A stretch of DNA of 64,000 nucleotides from Camelus ferus (taxonomy: Eukaryota). This document shows positions 62,828 to 64,000 of the stretch, one piece after another. The notes beneath the pieces were generated by a model. The model was given only the letters and a program-made list of their open reading frames with translations, did no database searches and was not told the DNA's origin. Position numbers and translations under genes: made by a program. Positions within the stretch are counted from its first letter, which is position 1. The number at the start of each line of letters is the position of its first letter. Location: assembly GCF_009834535.1 (NCBI RefSeq), contig NC_045697.1, positions 6,512,001 through 6,576,000 on the forward strand. Reading direction: 5' to 3'.

Positions 62828-64000
62828 TGGAAGCATATATGAATAACCTTGAAACACCATTGTTTTGGAAATTCCTGTAGAAAAACAATTTTCCTAATGC
62901 AAGCCCATAATTCTCTAGTTCCAAACACATTTTTTTCCCTCATCAAAACAGTATTTTTATAATGCCATTTTAAATAAATGATCTGAGGTTTTTTAGGAAG
63001 GCAAATATGATAGACGTTTGCTGTGTGTTGTAGAAAGGGAGACCATAGCTTTAAACCATCTTGCAGCCCTGGTGGTAGAGATCCTATGAACAGCAGCTGT
63101 AATCTCTGTTTAAATAGCACCTGAGGTCATGCCTTCAAATATTCCAGGCCTTTCAATGCAAAGGCTGCCCTGGCTTGACATTGGTTGTCTTGCTATTGGT
63201 TGTGATAGGGGAGAAGGAACCATTTTCAGGGCCCATCCCTGAATCATCCCCCAGGACCCAACAACTGCCATGTCAGCCTTTTGAGCGGCATAAACACCAG
63301 TGGCATAAGCACAGTCAAAAGCACCCCCTTTTTTGCTGACTCATACAAGATTCCCCAATTCTACTGAATTTCTGTCCTGTGAGGTGTAGGCCTTCAGACT
63401 ACACCTTGGGGCAGAAGGTAAGGAATGAAGGCTCTCACACCAGCTGAGCACCTGTGCCGTCCCACTTATTCTGCATGTATTATCCTAGGTGAACACTCCC
63501 ACCACTTCTCAGGACAGACTTTACTCTCTATTTTAAAAGAAGGAGATTGGAACTCTGAGAGTTTAAGTGTTAGAAAACCAGACAGTGGCTGGGTCTGGGC
63601 TTGACCTATCTCACACTGGGACAACTCTGAAGCCCTTCCTTGGCTCCACCCTTCCTCCAAGACTAGACTAAACTCCACGGCCTGCTCTATACCTGCTTCT
63701 CCTTATGCTCATCCTGGCCCTGCAGGGATCTTCTGGATCTTACCACAGCAGAGGTGAGAGATGTGAAGGGAGAACAAACTCCTTACCCCCAGGTAACTTC
63801 CCTGAGGCTTGTTTCCTTCTCCCCTCAGCCTGGTCCAGATCAGCTTTCCAGGCATGTGGTTCTCTAGTCAATCTTGTCCAAAATAGAGGTGCATGCGGGG
63901 AAGGGAGCAGAGAGGAGTTTCCAGCTCAGAGTTTCATGTTTCAGTCCATGGAGAGTGTAGTCCCCATGGTTTGCCTTCAACCCCATTTTGTTCTTGTCCA

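Noticed and set aside
1..64000. CRISPR arrays, operons, endogenous viral genes, NUMTs, rRNA/snRNA genes
   Set aside because: No regularly spaced repeats, long ORFs, gag/pol/env-like peptides or recognisable structural RNA; LTRs are solo or fragmentary.

Overview
Repeat-rich, non-coding eutherian DNA, most likely camelid. This is inferred from two tRNA-Ala-derived vic-1-like SINEs, lineage-type L1 3' ends, and no recognisable Alu, B1/B2, Bov-A, PRE-1 or Can-SINE. I find no credible host protein-coding gene; the only real protein-like ORFs are L1 ORF2 remnants (43.4-44.7 kb). The window is intergenic or a large intron, layered with ancient MIR/L2, MaLR/ERVL solo LTRs, hAT/Tigger fossils, a decayed ~4.8-kb old L1 and many short younger L1 3' ends with readable target-site duplications (TSDs). 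I did not find a new biological system. The best leads are a TSD-flanked, polyadenylated ~390-bp retrocopy of largely non-L1 RNA (37.3-37.7 kb), a perfect 20-bp fold-back inside an L1 tail (49.2 kb), several non-canonical L1 events, a CpG-retaining candidate minus-strand exon (5.2 kb) and a motif-dense candidate enhancer (39.4-40.1 kb). Repeat subfamily names come from recalled consensus sequences and need RepeatMasker/Dfam confirmation; boundaries without TSDs are approximate.
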